The notes below the pieces were generated by a model that was given only the letters and a program-made list of their open reading frames with translations, searched no databases and was not told the DNA's origin. From the NCBI GenBank assembly GCA_964447415.1, contig CAYUSN010000001.1:121727-185726 (forward strand): a DNA stretch of 64,000 bases. The letters are read 5' to 3'. This DNA comes from an uncultured Candidatus Saccharibacteria bacterium (lineage in GTDB: Bacteria; Patescibacteriota; Minisyncoccia; Phycocordibacterales; EsbW-18). Shown here piece by piece: positions 30,353 to 39,638 of this stretch. Both the position numbers and the translations under genes were made by a program. Each line of letters starts with the position of its first letter. The stretch's first letter is position 1.

Positions 30353-30697
30353 ATGACACGATCACTCAAAAAAGGACCATATCTCAACGTAAAGCTCATG
30401 CAGAAGGTGGGCAAGCAGAAACCGGGAGGACCGGCTATTAAAACGTGGGCGCGCGCATCCGTTATTGCCCCGGAAATGGTCGGCTATACATTTGCAGTTC
30501 ACAACGGCAAAGTTTTTAACGATGTATTTGTAACCGAGGAAATGGTCGGACACCGCCTCGGTGAATTTTCGCCCACGAAGACATTCCGCAAGCACGGAGG
30601 TCAGATGCAGAAGGCGCTTGATACCGCAAAGAAGGAAGCGGAAATTTCCGCAGCACACGCGGCGAAGGCAGCAGCAGAAGGTGCCGTAAAGAAATAA
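30353..30697 (+). CDS. rpsS: 30S ribosomal protein S19, with an Ala/Lys-rich C-terminal extension.
   Basis: [12 protein letters not shown]… start and S19 core. The longer ORF from 30128 is an upstream artefact. Confidence 0.9.
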   Translation: MTRSLKKGPYLNVKLMQKVGKQKPGGPAIKTWARASVIAPEMVGYTFAVHNGKVFNDVFVTEEMVGHRLGEFSPTKTFRKHGGQMQKALDTAKKEAEISAAHAAKAAAEGAVKK

Positions 30698-30698
30698 T

Positions 30699-31115
30699 AT
30701 GCGCGTGTATCTCAAAAATTACCGTCAGTCGCCCCGCAAAGTTCGCCTCGTCGCGAACCTTATCCGCGGCAAAAGCGTTCCCGCAGCGCTTACACTGCTT
30801 CGTGTGACACCGAAGCGGGCAACGGTTCAGCTTGAAAAATCACTCCGTTCCGCGCTTGCGAACGCAAAGCAGAAGGGGATGACCGACGCAGACACGCTTA
30901 CCGTTAAAGAAATCCGCGTGGATAAGGGTGTGACCCTGCATCGATTTTTGCCCCGCGCACAGGGACGCGCGACCCGTTTTGACAAGCACTCAAGCAACAT
31001 CATTATGGTGCTCGGAGAATCAAAGAAAGCGGACGTGAAGGCGGAAAAGACCGAAACCGAGAAGGCGGCAAAAAAAACAGCACCGAAAACAAAAGCTAAA
31101 AAAGCGACAACGTAA
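30699..31115 (+). CDS. rplV: 50S ribosomal protein L22, with a Lys-rich C-terminal extension.
   Basis: L22 core and operon position. Confidence 0.9.
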   Translation: MRVYLKNYRQSPRKVRLVANLIRGKSVPAALTLLRVTPKRATVQLEKSLRSALANAKQKGMTDADTLTVKEIRVDKGVTLHRFLPRAQGRATRFDKHSSNIIMVLGESKKADVKAEKTETEKAAKKTAPKTKAKKATT

Positions 31116-31120
31116 TTTAT

Positions 31121-31777
31121 ATGACACACCGAGTTCATCCATTTGCACATCGTCTGGGAATTCTTCGTGACTGGCAGTCACGGTGGTTTGCGCGTGGTGC
31201 TGATTATCGCGCAAACCTTAAGACGGACGTGCTCATCCGAAGAAAAATCGCCAAGCTCACCGAAAAAATGTACGTCGGCGGCATTGAAATGGAACGCCGC
31301 GGCGCACAGCTTCGCATCATCATCAAGACGTCCCGTCCCGGTCTTATCATCGGACGCTCGGGTGAGGGTATTGCAAAGCTCAAAAAAGAAATAGACTCCT
31401 TTGCCGCAAAGCAGGGACTGGAGGGTGTCGGCGCCATCAAACTTGAAATTGAGGAGATAAAGTCGCCGGAATCAAACGCCGCAATCGTAGCAAGTATGGC
31501 AAAAGAGGGTATCGAGAAGCGCACACCGTTTCGCCGCGTGCTCAAACAGACTGTCGACAAGGTGATGGCGAACAAAGATGTGCAGGGCGTCCGTATTCAC
31601 CTCTCAGGTCGCCTCGGCGGGGCCGACATGGCGCGCCGTGAGCAGATTAAGAAAGGACGCATTCCGTTGCAGACGTTCCGCGCCGACATTGATTACGCAC
31701 ACGACGAAGCGCACATCCCGCAGGGACAAATCGGCATCCGCGTCTGGATTTACCGCGGTGATATCTTTAAAAAATAA
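31121..31777 (+). CDS. rpsC: 30S ribosomal protein S3.
   Basis: KH domain and S3 C-terminal domain (…GIRVWIYRGDIF). Confidence 0.92.
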   Translation: MTHRVHPFAHRLGILRDWQSRWFARGADYRANLKTDVLIRRKIAKLTEKMYVGGIEMERRGAQLRIIIKTSRPGLIIGRSGEGIAKLKKEIDSFAAKQGLEGVGAIKLEIEEIKSPESNAAIVASMAKEGIEKRTPFRRVLKQTVDKVMANKDVQGVRIHLSGRLGGADMARREQIKKGRIPLQTFRADIDYAHDEAHIPQGQIGIRVWIYRGDIFKK

Positions 31778-31900
31778 GCACGAATATCGAAGCGCGAAAT
31801 TCGAAACAAGCACGAAACATGAAGGCTCAAATGTTCAAAACTTCAAAAAGTAAGATTTCAGATTTGTTTCGGATTTCGATATTCGGATTTCGAATTTAAA
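31778..31900. repeat. Palindromic intergenic repeat, copy 2, between rpsC and rplP.
   Basis: GCACGAATATCGAAGCGCGAAATTCGAAACAAGCACGAAACATGAA…TTTGTTTCGGATTTCGATATTCGGATTTCGAATTT. Confidence 0.7.
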
Positions 31901-31905
31901 AAAAT

Positions 31906-32322
31906 ATGTTGTTTCCGAAGAAAGTAAAATACCGAAAGTGGCAGACGAAGCGCGTGAACCCGAAGAAAGTCGGGGTTGCTTCGCGCGGCACGACGATTGC
32001 GTTCGGTTCCTTCGGACTGAAAGCAGTGTCTGCACATCGCGTGACGTCAAATCAGATTGAAGCGGGACGACGTGTCATTCGCCGCGCGCTCGGCAAGAGC
32101 GGCAACCTCTGGACCCGTATTTTCCCCGACCGACCGTACACGGCAAAGCCGGCGGAAGTGGGCATGGGTAAGGGGAAAGGAGACCCGAAAGGGTTTGTGG
32201 TTGAAGTACTTCCCGGACAGATGCTGTTTGAAGTAGACGGCGTTCCTGAGGCGCTTGCGCGTGAGGTGCTTCGTAAAGGAGGCGCGAAAATGCCGTTGAA
32301 GACGAAAATTATTGCGCGATAA
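31906..32322 (+). CDS. rplP: 50S ribosomal protein L16.
   Basis: L16 conservation (MLFPKKVKYRK…). Confidence 0.92.
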   Translation: MLFPKKVKYRKWQTKRVNPKKVGVASRGTTIAFGSFGLKAVSAHRVTSNQIEAGRRVIRRALGKSGNLWTRIFPDRPYTAKPAEVGMGKGKGDPKGFVVEVLPGQMLFEVDGVPEALAREVLRKGGAKMPLKTKIIAR

Positions 32323-32351
32323 GGTATTCTTCTGTAGTATCACCAGACTCT

Positions 32352-32546
32352 ATGGCGAAAAAAACCGACATCACGAATATGACCGACAAAGATCTGCTGG
32401 CGCTCGTTTCCGAAAAGCGGGAGGCGCTCCGACAGGTTCGGTTTGCAACATCGTCATCACGCGGACGTGACGTAAAAAAAATGCGGGAGAGCAAGAAGGG
32501 AATCGCACGCGCACTGACTGAATTGTCACGCCGCAGTGCACAGTAA
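32352..32546 (+). CDS. rpmC: 50S ribosomal protein L29.
   Basis: 64-aa helical protein of the L29 family, in the expected position. Confidence 0.85.
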   Translation: MAKKTDITNMTDKDLLALVSEKREALRQVRFATSSSRGRDVKKMRESKKGIARALTELSRRSAQ

Positions 32547-32550
32547 TCAT

Positions 32551-32790
32551 ATGGATACACAAGCAAAAAAACCGAAAACGCTGAAGGGTACCGTCGTGTC
32601 AGACAAGATGAAAGACACGGTGGTTGTCCGTGTGGAGCGCTATATTAAGCACCCGAAGTACGGCAAATTCATGAAACGGCAGAAACGATACAAAGCGCAT
32701 GATGCAGGCAACACGAAGCGCATCGGAGAGGTGGTTACGATTATTGAAACCGCGCCGTATTCAAAGGACAAGCATTTTAAAGTGATGTAA
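32551..32790 (+). CDS. rpsQ: 30S ribosomal protein S17.
   Basis: S17 core (…[20 protein letters not shown]…). ATG at 32551 preferred over the overlapping GTG at 32536. Confidence 0.85.
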   Translation: MDTQAKKPKTLKGTVVSDKMKDTVVVRVERYIKHPKYGKFMKRQKRYKAHDAGNTKRIGEVVTIIETAPYSKDKHFKVM

Positions 32791-32794
32791 GTAT

Positions 32795-33166
32795 ATGATT
32801 CAGCCTCGTTCCATCGTGCAAATTGCAGACAACTCCGGAGCAAAAGTCGGACGTGTTTTCAAAGTGCTCGGCGGCAGCAAGCGCCGATATGCGGAAATCG
32901 GCGACAAGGTGGTTATTTCCATTCAGATTGCAGAACCGCGCAAGGCGACGAAGAAAAAAGACGTCGTGCACGCGGTTGTTGTACGCCAGACGAAAGCGTT
33001 TCGCCGAAAAGACGGTTCGTATGTTCGTTTTGATGAAAACGCGGTCGTGCTCGTGGACAAGGTGAAACCGGAACCGAAAGCAAACCGCATCTTCGGACCC
33101 GTTCCGCGCGAACTTTCAGATAAAGGTTTTCAGAAAATTGTATCGCTTGCACCCGAGGTTGTATAA
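32795..33166 (+). CDS. rplN: 50S ribosomal protein L14.
   Basis: [17 protein letters not shown]… L14 signature. Confidence 0.93.
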   Translation: MIQPRSIVQIADNSGAKVGRVFKVLGGSKRRYAEIGDKVVISIQIAEPRKATKKKDVVHAVVVRQTKAFRRKDGSYVRFDENAVVLVDKVKPEPKANRIFGPVPRELSDKGFQKIVSLAPEVV

Positions 33167-33170
33167 CGTT

Positions 33171-33386
33171 ATGCACGTCAAAAAAGGAGACAAAATCAAA
33201 GTGATCGCAGGAAAAGACAAAGGTACCTCAGGTACGGTGGTGCGCGCGTTTCCGAAAAAGAACATGGTGCTTATTGAGGGCGTCAACAGGGTCAAACGGC
33301 ACCAGCGTGCCAAAAAGGGCAGCGCAAAAGGACAGATTCTTGAAAAGGCGATGCCGATTCACGTATCTAACGTACAGAAAGCATAA
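33171..33386 (+). CDS. rplX: 50S ribosomal protein L24.
   Basis: [18 protein letters not shown]… KOW motif. The ORF track's 33138 start is an upstream artefact. Confidence 0.88.
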   Translation: MHVKKGDKIKVIAGKDKGTSGTVVRAFPKKNMVLIEGVNRVKRHQRAKKGSAKGQILEKAMPIHVSNVQKA

Positions 33387-33391
33387 TTTGT

Positions 33392-33946
33392 ATGATTCCT
33401 GTTAAAGAAAAACAGAAAAAAGCGTTTGCAGACCTCAAGGACGTGTTGCACATCAAAAACACGATGGCGCTTCCGCATGTCGAAAAAATCGTCATCTCCG
33501 TCGGTATCGGTTCGGTGAAGGACAAAAACAAAATCGAAGTGATTCAGGACCGTTTGGGTAAAATTACCGGTCAGAAATCAGTCGGACGTGTCGCGAAAAA
33601 ATCCATCGCGTCATTTAAGCTCCGCGAAGGACAGACCATCGGCTACCAGATTACGCTCCGCGGTCAGCGCATGTACGATTTTCTTGATCGTCTGCTCAAC
33701 ATCGCGCTTCCCCGCACGCGTGACTTCCGCGGTATCGACCGAAAATCAGTTGACCCGATGGGCAATCTTACCATCGGTATCCGCGAACACCTTATTTTCC
33801 CTGAAACGGCGGATGAAGAAGCACGCGACGTGTTCGGTCTTGCCATCACCATCGTTACCTCGGCCCGCAACAAAAAAGACGCCGAAACCTACCTTGAATA
33901 TATCGGTGTGCCGTTCAAAAAAGAGACGGAAAAGGCCAAAAAATAA
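33392..33946 (+). CDS. rplE: 50S ribosomal protein L5.
   Basis: L5 conservation throughout. Confidence 0.92.
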   Translation: MIPVKEKQKKAFADLKDVLHIKNTMALPHVEKIVISVGIGSVKDKNKIEVIQDRLGKITGQKSVGRVAKKSIASFKLREGQTIGYQITLRGQRMYDFLDRLLNIALPRTRDFRGIDRKSVDPMGNLTIGIREHLIFPETADEEARDVFGLAITIVTSARNKKDAETYLEYIGVPFKKETEKAKK

Positions 33947-33955
33947 AGAAAAGCC

Positions 33956-33988
33956 CCGCCAAAAAGAAGGCGGGTTTTTTCTTGCCCT
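33956..33988 (+). terminator. Intrinsic terminator after rplE (AGCCCCGCC-aaaaagaa-GGCGGGTTTTTTC).
   Basis: Hairpin plus T6. Unusual between rplE and rpsN. Confidence 0.5.
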
Positions 33989-34150
33989 TTTTTGGCGGTT
34001 CTGGTAGTATACGAGGGCTTTACTTTTGTGGAGCTAGTCCTTCCAGAGCCAATAGGCGCAGGGGGGAGACCATCGCCTCGTTATCTGCCAGCCGGTCACA
34101 CGACCCATGGGCACATCCAAGAGGCAGCATTTTTTTTGGAAATAAAGCAT

Positions 34151-34420
34151 ATGGCACGAAAAAGCAATCTTGCACGGGACAAAAAACGAGCGGTTATGCG
34201 TACCCGCACGGCGGCAAAACGCGCCGCGCTCAAGGAGACGCACGACTACGAAGCGCTCCAGGGCCTGAAGAAAAACGCGTCGCCGGTTCGTACAAAGAAC
34301 CGCTGTTTTAAGTGTGGTCGTCCGCGCGGCTACATGCGCGAATTCGGTCTGTGCCGCATCTGTTTCCGCGAACTCGCCAACAAAGGAATGATTCCGGGCG
34401 TTAAAAAAGCATCATGGTAA
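34151..34420 (+). CDS. rpsN: 30S ribosomal protein S14, type Z (zinc-binding), with an N-terminal extension.
   Basis: CFKCGRPRG…CRIC zinc-ribbon motif typical of S14 type Z. The ORF track's 33992 start is an upstream artefact. Confidence 0.85.
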   Translation: MARKSNLARDKKRAVMRTRTAAKRAALKETHDYEALQGLKKNASPVRTKNRCFKCGRPRGYMREFGLCRICFRELANKGMIPGVKKASW

Positions 34421-34803
34421 CCGACCCTATCGCAAATTTCATAATTGCTCTCCAGAATGCCGCGCGCGCAGGCAAAGAAACCGTGCTGGTACACCGTTCA
34501 GCGCTTAAAGAGGCGGTTGCTGCGACACTTAAAGGTGCAGGGTACATTTCAGGTTTTTCAATCAAGGGAAAAAACGACAACAAAATTGAAGCAACACTCG
34601 CGTTTGCCGACGGTGTTGCAAAGATTCACGGTGTAAAGCGCGTGTCACGTCCGGGTAAGCGCGTGTACTGCGGCGCATCTGATATTTATCCGGTACGCAA
34701 CGGCTACGGACACCTGGTGCTGTCAACGCCTGCAGGTGTGATTACCGGACAGGATGCACGCAAACGAAAAGTCGGCGGAGAGGTACTGTTTGAAATCTGG
34801 TAA
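34414..34803 (+). CDS. rpsH: 30S ribosomal protein S8.
   Basis: S8 conservation ([16 protein letters not shown]…). Overlaps rpsN by 7 nt. Confidence 0.92.
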   Translation: MVTDPIANFIIALQNAARAGKETVLVHRSALKEAVAATLKGAGYISGFSIKGKNDNKIEATLAFADGVAKIHGVKRVSRPGKRVYCGASDIYPVRNGYGHLVLSTPAGVITGQDARKRKVGGEVLFEIW

Positions 34804-34805
34804 CA

Positions 34806-34936
34806 AATGCAAGCACGAATGTCGAAGTACGAAATTCGAAACAAGCACGAAATATGAAAATCCAAATATCAAAAAAAGAAAAATACGAAAATCCAAATTT
34901 GTTTCGGATTTCGATATTCGAATTTCGAATTTAATT
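34806..34936. repeat. Palindromic intergenic repeat, copy 3, between rpsH and rplF.
   Basis: AAGCACGAATGTCGAAGTACGAAATTCGAAACAAGCACGAAATATGAAAA…TTTGTTTCGGATTTCGATATTCGAATTTCGAATTTAA. Confidence 0.7.
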
Positions 34937-34941
34937 CAGAT

Positions 34942-35475
34942 ATGTCACGTATCGGCCGACAAAAAATCACCGTTCCCGAGAAGACAACCGTTACCGTAAA
35001 CGACGGCATGGTAACTGTTGTCGGACCGAAAGGGACACTCTCACGCGCATTTAAGAACGACATCACCATCAGTATCGCAGACGGTGTGGTGACGCTTGTC
35101 CCGAAAAAAGAATCAAAGGAGGTCTCCGCACTCTGGGGGACGTACAGCTCGCACATCCAAAACATGATTAACGGCGTCAATACAGGATACGAAAAGAAGC
35201 TCGTGCTCGACGGAGTTGGTTTCCGTGCGGAAGTAAAAGGAAAAGAGCTCGCCATGCAGCTCGGTTTCTCGCATCCGGTGGTAGTACCGATTCCGGAGGG
35301 CGTCTCAGTAACGGCGGAAAAAAACCTTTTGACGTTTCAGGGAATCGACAAGGAGCTGGTGACGCAGTTTGCAGCGAAAATCAGAAGCTTGAAAAAACCG
35401 GAACCGTACAAAGGCAAAGGGTTTCATTACGACGACGAGGTTATCCGCCGCAAGGAAGGTAAACGTGCCGCATAA
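34942..35475 (+). CDS. rplF: 50S ribosomal protein L6.
   Basis: MSRIGRQKITVP… and L6 two-domain conservation. Confidence 0.92.
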   Translation: MSRIGRQKITVPEKTTVTVNDGMVTVVGPKGTLSRAFKNDITISIADGVVTLVPKKESKEVSALWGTYSSHIQNMINGVNTGYEKKLVLDGVGFRAEVKGKELAMQLGFSHPVVVPIPEGVSVTAEKNLLTFQGIDKELVTQFAAKIRSLKKPEPYKGKGFHYDDEVIRRKEGKRAA

Positions 35476-35478
35476 CGT

Positions 35479-35823
35479 ATGGCAATCAAAAGCACAAAAG
35501 AAAAACGAGTTCGCCGGCAGGTGCGCATCCGCGCCAAGATTTCGGGCACAAGCGAGCGCCCGCGGCTTGCGGTGTTTCGCTCAAACCGTGCTATTTCCGT
35601 ACAGCTTATCGACGATGTGAAGGGACGGACACTGTTGTCGGGAACGACGCGCGGCATGAAGGGCGCACAGAAAGAAAACGCGAAAAAGCTCGGACAACAG
35701 ATTGCCGCCGATGCGAAGGAGAAAAAAATTACGAAAGTGGTGTTTGACCGCGGCGGGTTTTCATATACAGGCAACATCGCGGTGTTGGCGGAGGGTGCGC
35801 GGGAAGGAGGCCTGCAATTTTAA
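35479..35823 (+). CDS. rplR: 50S ribosomal protein L18.
   Basis: L18 core (…RPRLAVFRSNR.I..QLIDD…). Confidence 0.9.
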   Translation: MAIKSTKEKRVRRQVRIRAKISGTSERPRLAVFRSNRAISVQLIDDVKGRTLLSGTTRGMKGAQKENAKKLGQQIAADAKEKKITKVVFDRGGFSYTGNIAVLAEGAREGGLQF

Positions 35824-35832
35824 TGTATACCT

Positions 35833-36486
35833 ATGTCAGATGACGCAACGATAAAGGAAAACGATGTGGAGATAAAAGAGGCTGAGGTTGAAGCTGTGGT
35901 TGAAACCGCAGATGAGGCCGCTGCTCCTGAGACAAAGGCGCCGGCCGCTCCCGAAGAGCGTGGAAGAGGCGGACGGTTCGAAAAGAATCCCCGTCGCCGT
36001 CCTCGCGCCCGCACGGAGCGTGTGAAGCCCGAGTTTGACCAGCGTATTATCGGTATCCGCCGTGTGACGCGTGTTGTCGCGGGAGGACGCCGATTCTCGT
36101 TCTCTGTCTGTGTCGTTGCGGGAAACCGTCGCGGACAAGTTGGTGTGGGCACCGGCAAAGCAGGTGACACAGCGCTTGCCGTTGAAAAGGCGTATCGAAG
36201 CGCGCTCAAAAATAAAATTGATATTTCAAAGACGGACACGAACTCCATTCCGCACGAGGTACAGGCAAAATACTCAAGCGGCGTGGTCAAGCTCTACCCG
36301 GCTCCGGGACGCGGTTTGATTGCCGGAGGCGCGGTGCGTGACGTACTTGAACTTGCAGGTATGCAGGGTGTGGGCGCAAAAATTCTTTCACGCAGCCACA
36401 ACAAGCTCAACAACGCATTTGCCGCAATTATGGCGCTCAAACAGCTCACACGGGAGATTAAGAAGCATGCGCCGCGTAAGGAATAA
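35833..36486 (+). CDS. rpsE: 30S ribosomal protein S5, with an acidic N-terminal extension.
   Basis: S5 dsRBD and C-terminal domain (…RVTRVVAGGRRFSFSV…). Followed directly by rplO, so no L30 gene. Confidence 0.92.
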   Translation: MSDDATIKENDVEIKEAEVEAVVETADEAAAPETKAPAAPEERGRGGRFEKNPRRRPRARTERVKPEFDQRIIGIRRVTRVVAGGRRFSFSVCVVAGNRRGQVGVGTGKAGDTALAVEKAYRSALKNKIDISKTDTNSIPHEVQAKYSSGVVKLYPAPGRGLIAGGAVRDVLELAGMQGVGAKILSRSHNKLNNAFAAIMALKQLTREIKKHAPRKE

Positions 36487-36491
36487 ATTCT

Positions 36492-36941
36492 ATGCAGCTC
36501 CACGAACTCAAAAGAAAAACACCGAATAAGAAATCGCGACGTGTCGGACGCGGCAGTAAGCGCGGTAAAACGTCGGGACGCGGTACAAAGGGTCAGAAAG
36601 CACGCGCAGGACACCGAATTCGTCCGGAGTTCCGCGACATGATCAAAAAGATTCCGAAACGGCGCGGCTACGGCAAACATCGCGCATCAGGCGTCATCGG
36701 CTCGCGTGTGAGTGCAATCGTCGTTGACCTCAAAACAATCGATAAGACGTTCGAGTCAGGAGACTCGGTAACACTTGCGGCACTCGCCGAAAAAAAAGTC
36801 ATTCGCATGCGCGGCGGCAAAATGCCGGCTGTAAAAATACTCGGTACAGGACCAGTTTCAAAGAAACTCACCGTAACCGGTGTTCCGATCTCAGCGTCCG
36901 CGAAGGCGGCAATCGAGAAGGCGGGTGGGTCAGTTGCATAA
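36492..36941 (+). CDS. rplO: 50S ribosomal protein L15.
   Basis: L15 Gly/Arg/Lys-rich N-terminus and core. Confidence 0.9.
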   Translation: MQLHELKRKTPNKKSRRVGRGSKRGKTSGRGTKGQKARAGHRIRPEFRDMIKKIPKRRGYGKHRASGVIGSRVSAIVVDLKTIDKTFESGDSVTLAALAEKKVIRMRGGKMPAVKILGTGPVSKKLTVTGVPISASAKAAIEKAGGSVA

Positions 36942-36945
36942 TTAT

Positions 36946-38217
36946 ATGTCCGAATTTGTTCATAAACTGAAAATTATCGTCGGTGACCGGCAGTTGCGTT
37001 CACGCATTCTCTTTGTGCTCGGCATTCTCGCGCTCTCGCGCGTGTTTGCGGCTATCCCGATTCCGGGCATTGATATCGTCGCGCTTGCGCAGTTCTTTTC
37101 AAACAATCAGTTCTTCGGACTGCTCAATCTGTTTTCAGGAGGCGGACTGTCGGGGCTTTCCATCGCCATGCTCGGTGTGGGTCCGTTCATTACGGCATCC
37201 ATCATCATGCAGCTTCTGACGATTCTGTCTCCACAACTCAAGGCGATGTACCACGAGGAAGGGCAGGCGGGACGCCGGCGCATTTCACAGTACTCGCGTC
37301 TGCTCACGGTGCCGCTTGCGGCGCTCTCGGCATTCGGTTTCATCCTGCTTTTGCAGCGTAACGGCGTTATCGCCGAGCTCAGCTCGCTTGCGCTTATCTC
37401 AAACATCGTGGTGATTGTCGCCGGTTCAGTGCTCATGATGTGGCTCGGAGAACTCATCACGGAATTCGGTATCGGCAACGGCATGTCACTGCTTATCTTC
37501 GCCGGAATCGTCGCGGGGTTGCCCGGGGCCATTCAACAGCTCTCGTTTTCATTCACACCGGAACAGATTCCCGCGTATGTCGGTTTCCTCATCGTAGCGC
37601 TTGTCATTATCTTCGGTGTCGTAATCATCACGGAGGCGGAGCGGCCGATTCCGATTACGTATGCAAAGCAGGTCCGCGGCAACAAAGTCTACGGCGGCGT
37701 GTCCACGTACCTTCCGCTGCGCGTCAACCAAGCCGGCGTGATGCCGATCATCTTCGCACTCTCCATCCTGCTGTTTCCGGGCATGATTGCGAACTTCCTT
37801 TCAGGTATTCAAAACGGATTTGTGCAGGCGGCAGTCTCCTTCATCAACGGGTTCCTCAATAATCTGCTTCTCTATGGCGCCGCGTACTTCATCCTGGTGT
37901 TTCTCTTCACGTACTTCTACACCGCCGTTACATTTGACCCCGATGCGATTTCAAAGAACCTGCAGAGAAGTGGCGCATTTATTCCGGGCGTTCGTCCGGG
38001 CGTTTCCACCGCAACACATATCGGCAACATTCTCACCCGCCTCACGCTTTTAGGAGCCCTGTTCCTCGGTCTTATCGCGGTCTTGCCGCTTATCATGCAG
38101 ACGGCGACCGGTATCACTTCAGTGGCGGTCGGCGGTACGGGACTTCTGATTGCTGTGTCCGTCATCATCGACTTGGTGAAGAAGATAGAAGCCCAAGTGT
38201 CGCTTCGAGAATACTAA
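36946..38217 (+). CDS. secY: Preprotein translocase subunit SecY.
   Basis: 10-TM SecY topology and motifs. Start MSEFVHKLK at 36946. The ORF track's 36880 start overlaps the rplO 3' end. Confidence 0.92.
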   Translation: MSEFVHKLKIIVGDRQLRSRILFVLGILALSRVFAAIPIPGIDIVALAQFFSNNQFFGLLNLFSGGGLSGLSIAMLGVGPFITASIIMQLLTILSPQLKAMYHEEGQAGRRRISQYSRLLTVPLAALSAFGFILLLQRNGVIAELSSLALISNIVVIVAGSVLMMWLGELITEFGIGNGMSLLIFAGIVAGLPGAIQQLSFSFTPEQIPAYVGFLIVALVIIFGVVIITEAERPIPITYAKQVRGNKVYGGVSTYLPLRVNQAGVMPIIFALSILLFPGMIANFLSGIQNGFVQAAVSFINGFLNNLLLYGAAYFILVFLFTYFYTAVTFDPDAISKNLQRSGAFIPGVRPGVSTATHIGNILTRLTLLGALFLGLIAVLPLIMQTATGITSVAVGGTGLLIAVSVIIDLVKKIEAQVSLREY

Positions 38218-38225
38218 AAAACACG

Positions 38226-38257
38226 AAACCGCCCCGTACCGGGGCGGTTTTAATATT
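38226..38257 (+). terminator. Intrinsic terminator after secY (AAACCGCCCC-gtacc-GGGGCGGTTTTAATATT).
   Basis: GC hairpin plus T tract. Confidence 0.55.
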
Positions 38258-38274
38258 CTGGTATACTGGAATCC

Positions 38275-38841
38275 ATGAAATACAACACCATCATCGTTTT
38301 AGGAAAGCCGGGGTCGGGGAAGGGCACACAGGCAAAACTGCTCTCTGAAAAGGCAGGTTTTCCGGTGTTCTCTGCGTCGGGTAACCTCAAATCTCTGGCA
38401 CAGTCACACCCCGATATCGGCAAAGAAATTCTTGATGATATGAATCACGGCGTTTTGGTGCCGCACTGGATTGTGTCGTACCTATGGATCGCCGAGCTGG
38501 TAAATCTCGGACACGACAAAGGTATTATTTTTGACGGCGCGGTGCGCAAGCTTGAAGAGGCAAAACTGTTTGATGAAGTGATGCGTTACATGCACCGCAC
38601 ATATGTGGTGGTGTATCTGACCATTTCTGATGAAGAGCTGTACGACCGGCTTTCCAAGCGCGCTGAAATCGAGAGCCGTGCTGACGACGACGGAGAGGTG
38701 ATTAAAAAACGTCTTGCGCAGTACGATGAAAACACGAAGGACTCACTCGCGTTTTTCAAAGAACAAGGAACGCTTAAAGAGGTAAACGGTGAGGGAAGTA
38801 TTGAAGAAATCCACGAGCGTATTCTTGCCGCGCTTGCATAA
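38275..38841 (+). CDS. adk: Adenylate kinase, short form without a zinc lid.
   Basis: P-loop GKPGSGKGTQ and the adenylate-kinase fold. Confidence 0.9.
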   Translation: MKYNTIIVLGKPGSGKGTQAKLLSEKAGFPVFSASGNLKSLAQSHPDIGKEILDDMNHGVLVPHWIVSYLWIAELVNLGHDKGIIFDGAVRKLEEAKLFDEVMRYMHRTYVVVYLTISDEELYDRLSKRAEIESRADDDGEVIKKRLAQYDENTKDSLAFFKEQGTLKEVNGEGSIEEIHERILAALA

Positions 38842-38843
38842 TC

Positions 38844-39608
38844 ATGCTGCTGATTAAAACCGAGGAAGACATACGGCTCATTCGTGAAGCGGGTAGGCGT
38901 CTTGCGCGCGTGATGCGCGACGTTGCCGTCGCGGCCGTGCCCGGTGTTTCCACACAGGAACTCAATGATCTCGCTGAACGTCTCATCCGCGAGGGAGGAG
39001 ACGCGCCGGCATTTTTAAACTTTAAACCCGCAGGTGCTTCACGTCCCTTTCCTGCAACGCTGTGTGTGTCCGTTAACGACGAAGCGGTGCACGGCATTCC
39101 ATCAAAAGAACGCTTTTTGAAAGAGGGAGATATCGTGAGTTTAGACGCGGGTTTGACGCACCATGGTCGTGTTGCCGACATGTGTGTGACGGTTCCCGTC
39201 GGAGAGGTTGATGAAAAAGCGAAACGGCTCATTGAAGTCACCAAAAAAGCGATGGAGCTAGGTATTGCCGCCTCGCACGGCGGTGCGTTTGTCGGCGATA
39301 TCGGACGCGCCATTGAACCGTATGTAAAAAAGGAGGGCTTTGAGGTGGTCGCTGACCTCGGTGGACACGGTGTGGGGTATGCGGTGCACGAAGAACCGCA
39401 CGTTTTTCATATTGTGCGGAAAGGAAAGGGAATGAAGCTGAGCCCTGGAATGGTCATTACCGTTGAACCGACGGTGTCGGAAGGGAGCGGAGAGGTGGAT
39501 TTGGCAGGGGATGAGTGGACATATAAAACCACAGATGGTTCCCGCTGTGCACAGTGGGAACACACCATACTTATTACCGAGGGTGTTCCTGAAATTTTGA
39601 CGGTATAA
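38844..39608 (+). CDS. map: Methionine aminopeptidase, type I.
   Basis: Pita-bread-fold metal ligands (D…D…H…E…E) and full-length MetAP-I similarity. Confidence 0.92.
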   Translation: MLLIKTEEDIRLIREAGRRLARVMRDVAVAAVPGVSTQELNDLAERLIREGGDAPAFLNFKPAGASRPFPATLCVSVNDEAVHGIPSKERFLKEGDIVSLDAGLTHHGRVADMCVTVPVGEVDEKAKRLIEVTKKAMELGIAASHGGAFVGDIGRAIEPYVKKEGFEVVADLGGHGVGYAVHEEPHVFHIVRKGKGMKLSPGMVITVEPTVSEGSGEVDLAGDEWTYKTTDGSRCAQWEHTILITEGVPEILTV

Positions 39609-39638
39609 TGAAGTTATTAAAAATCTAGCCGCACTTTT

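Noticed and set aside
12806-34936. Considered whether the intergenic repeats are a CRISPR array.
   Set aside because: Copies are tens of kb apart, each inside a different operon. They are palindromic and ~125 bp, not short direct repeats with regular spacers.
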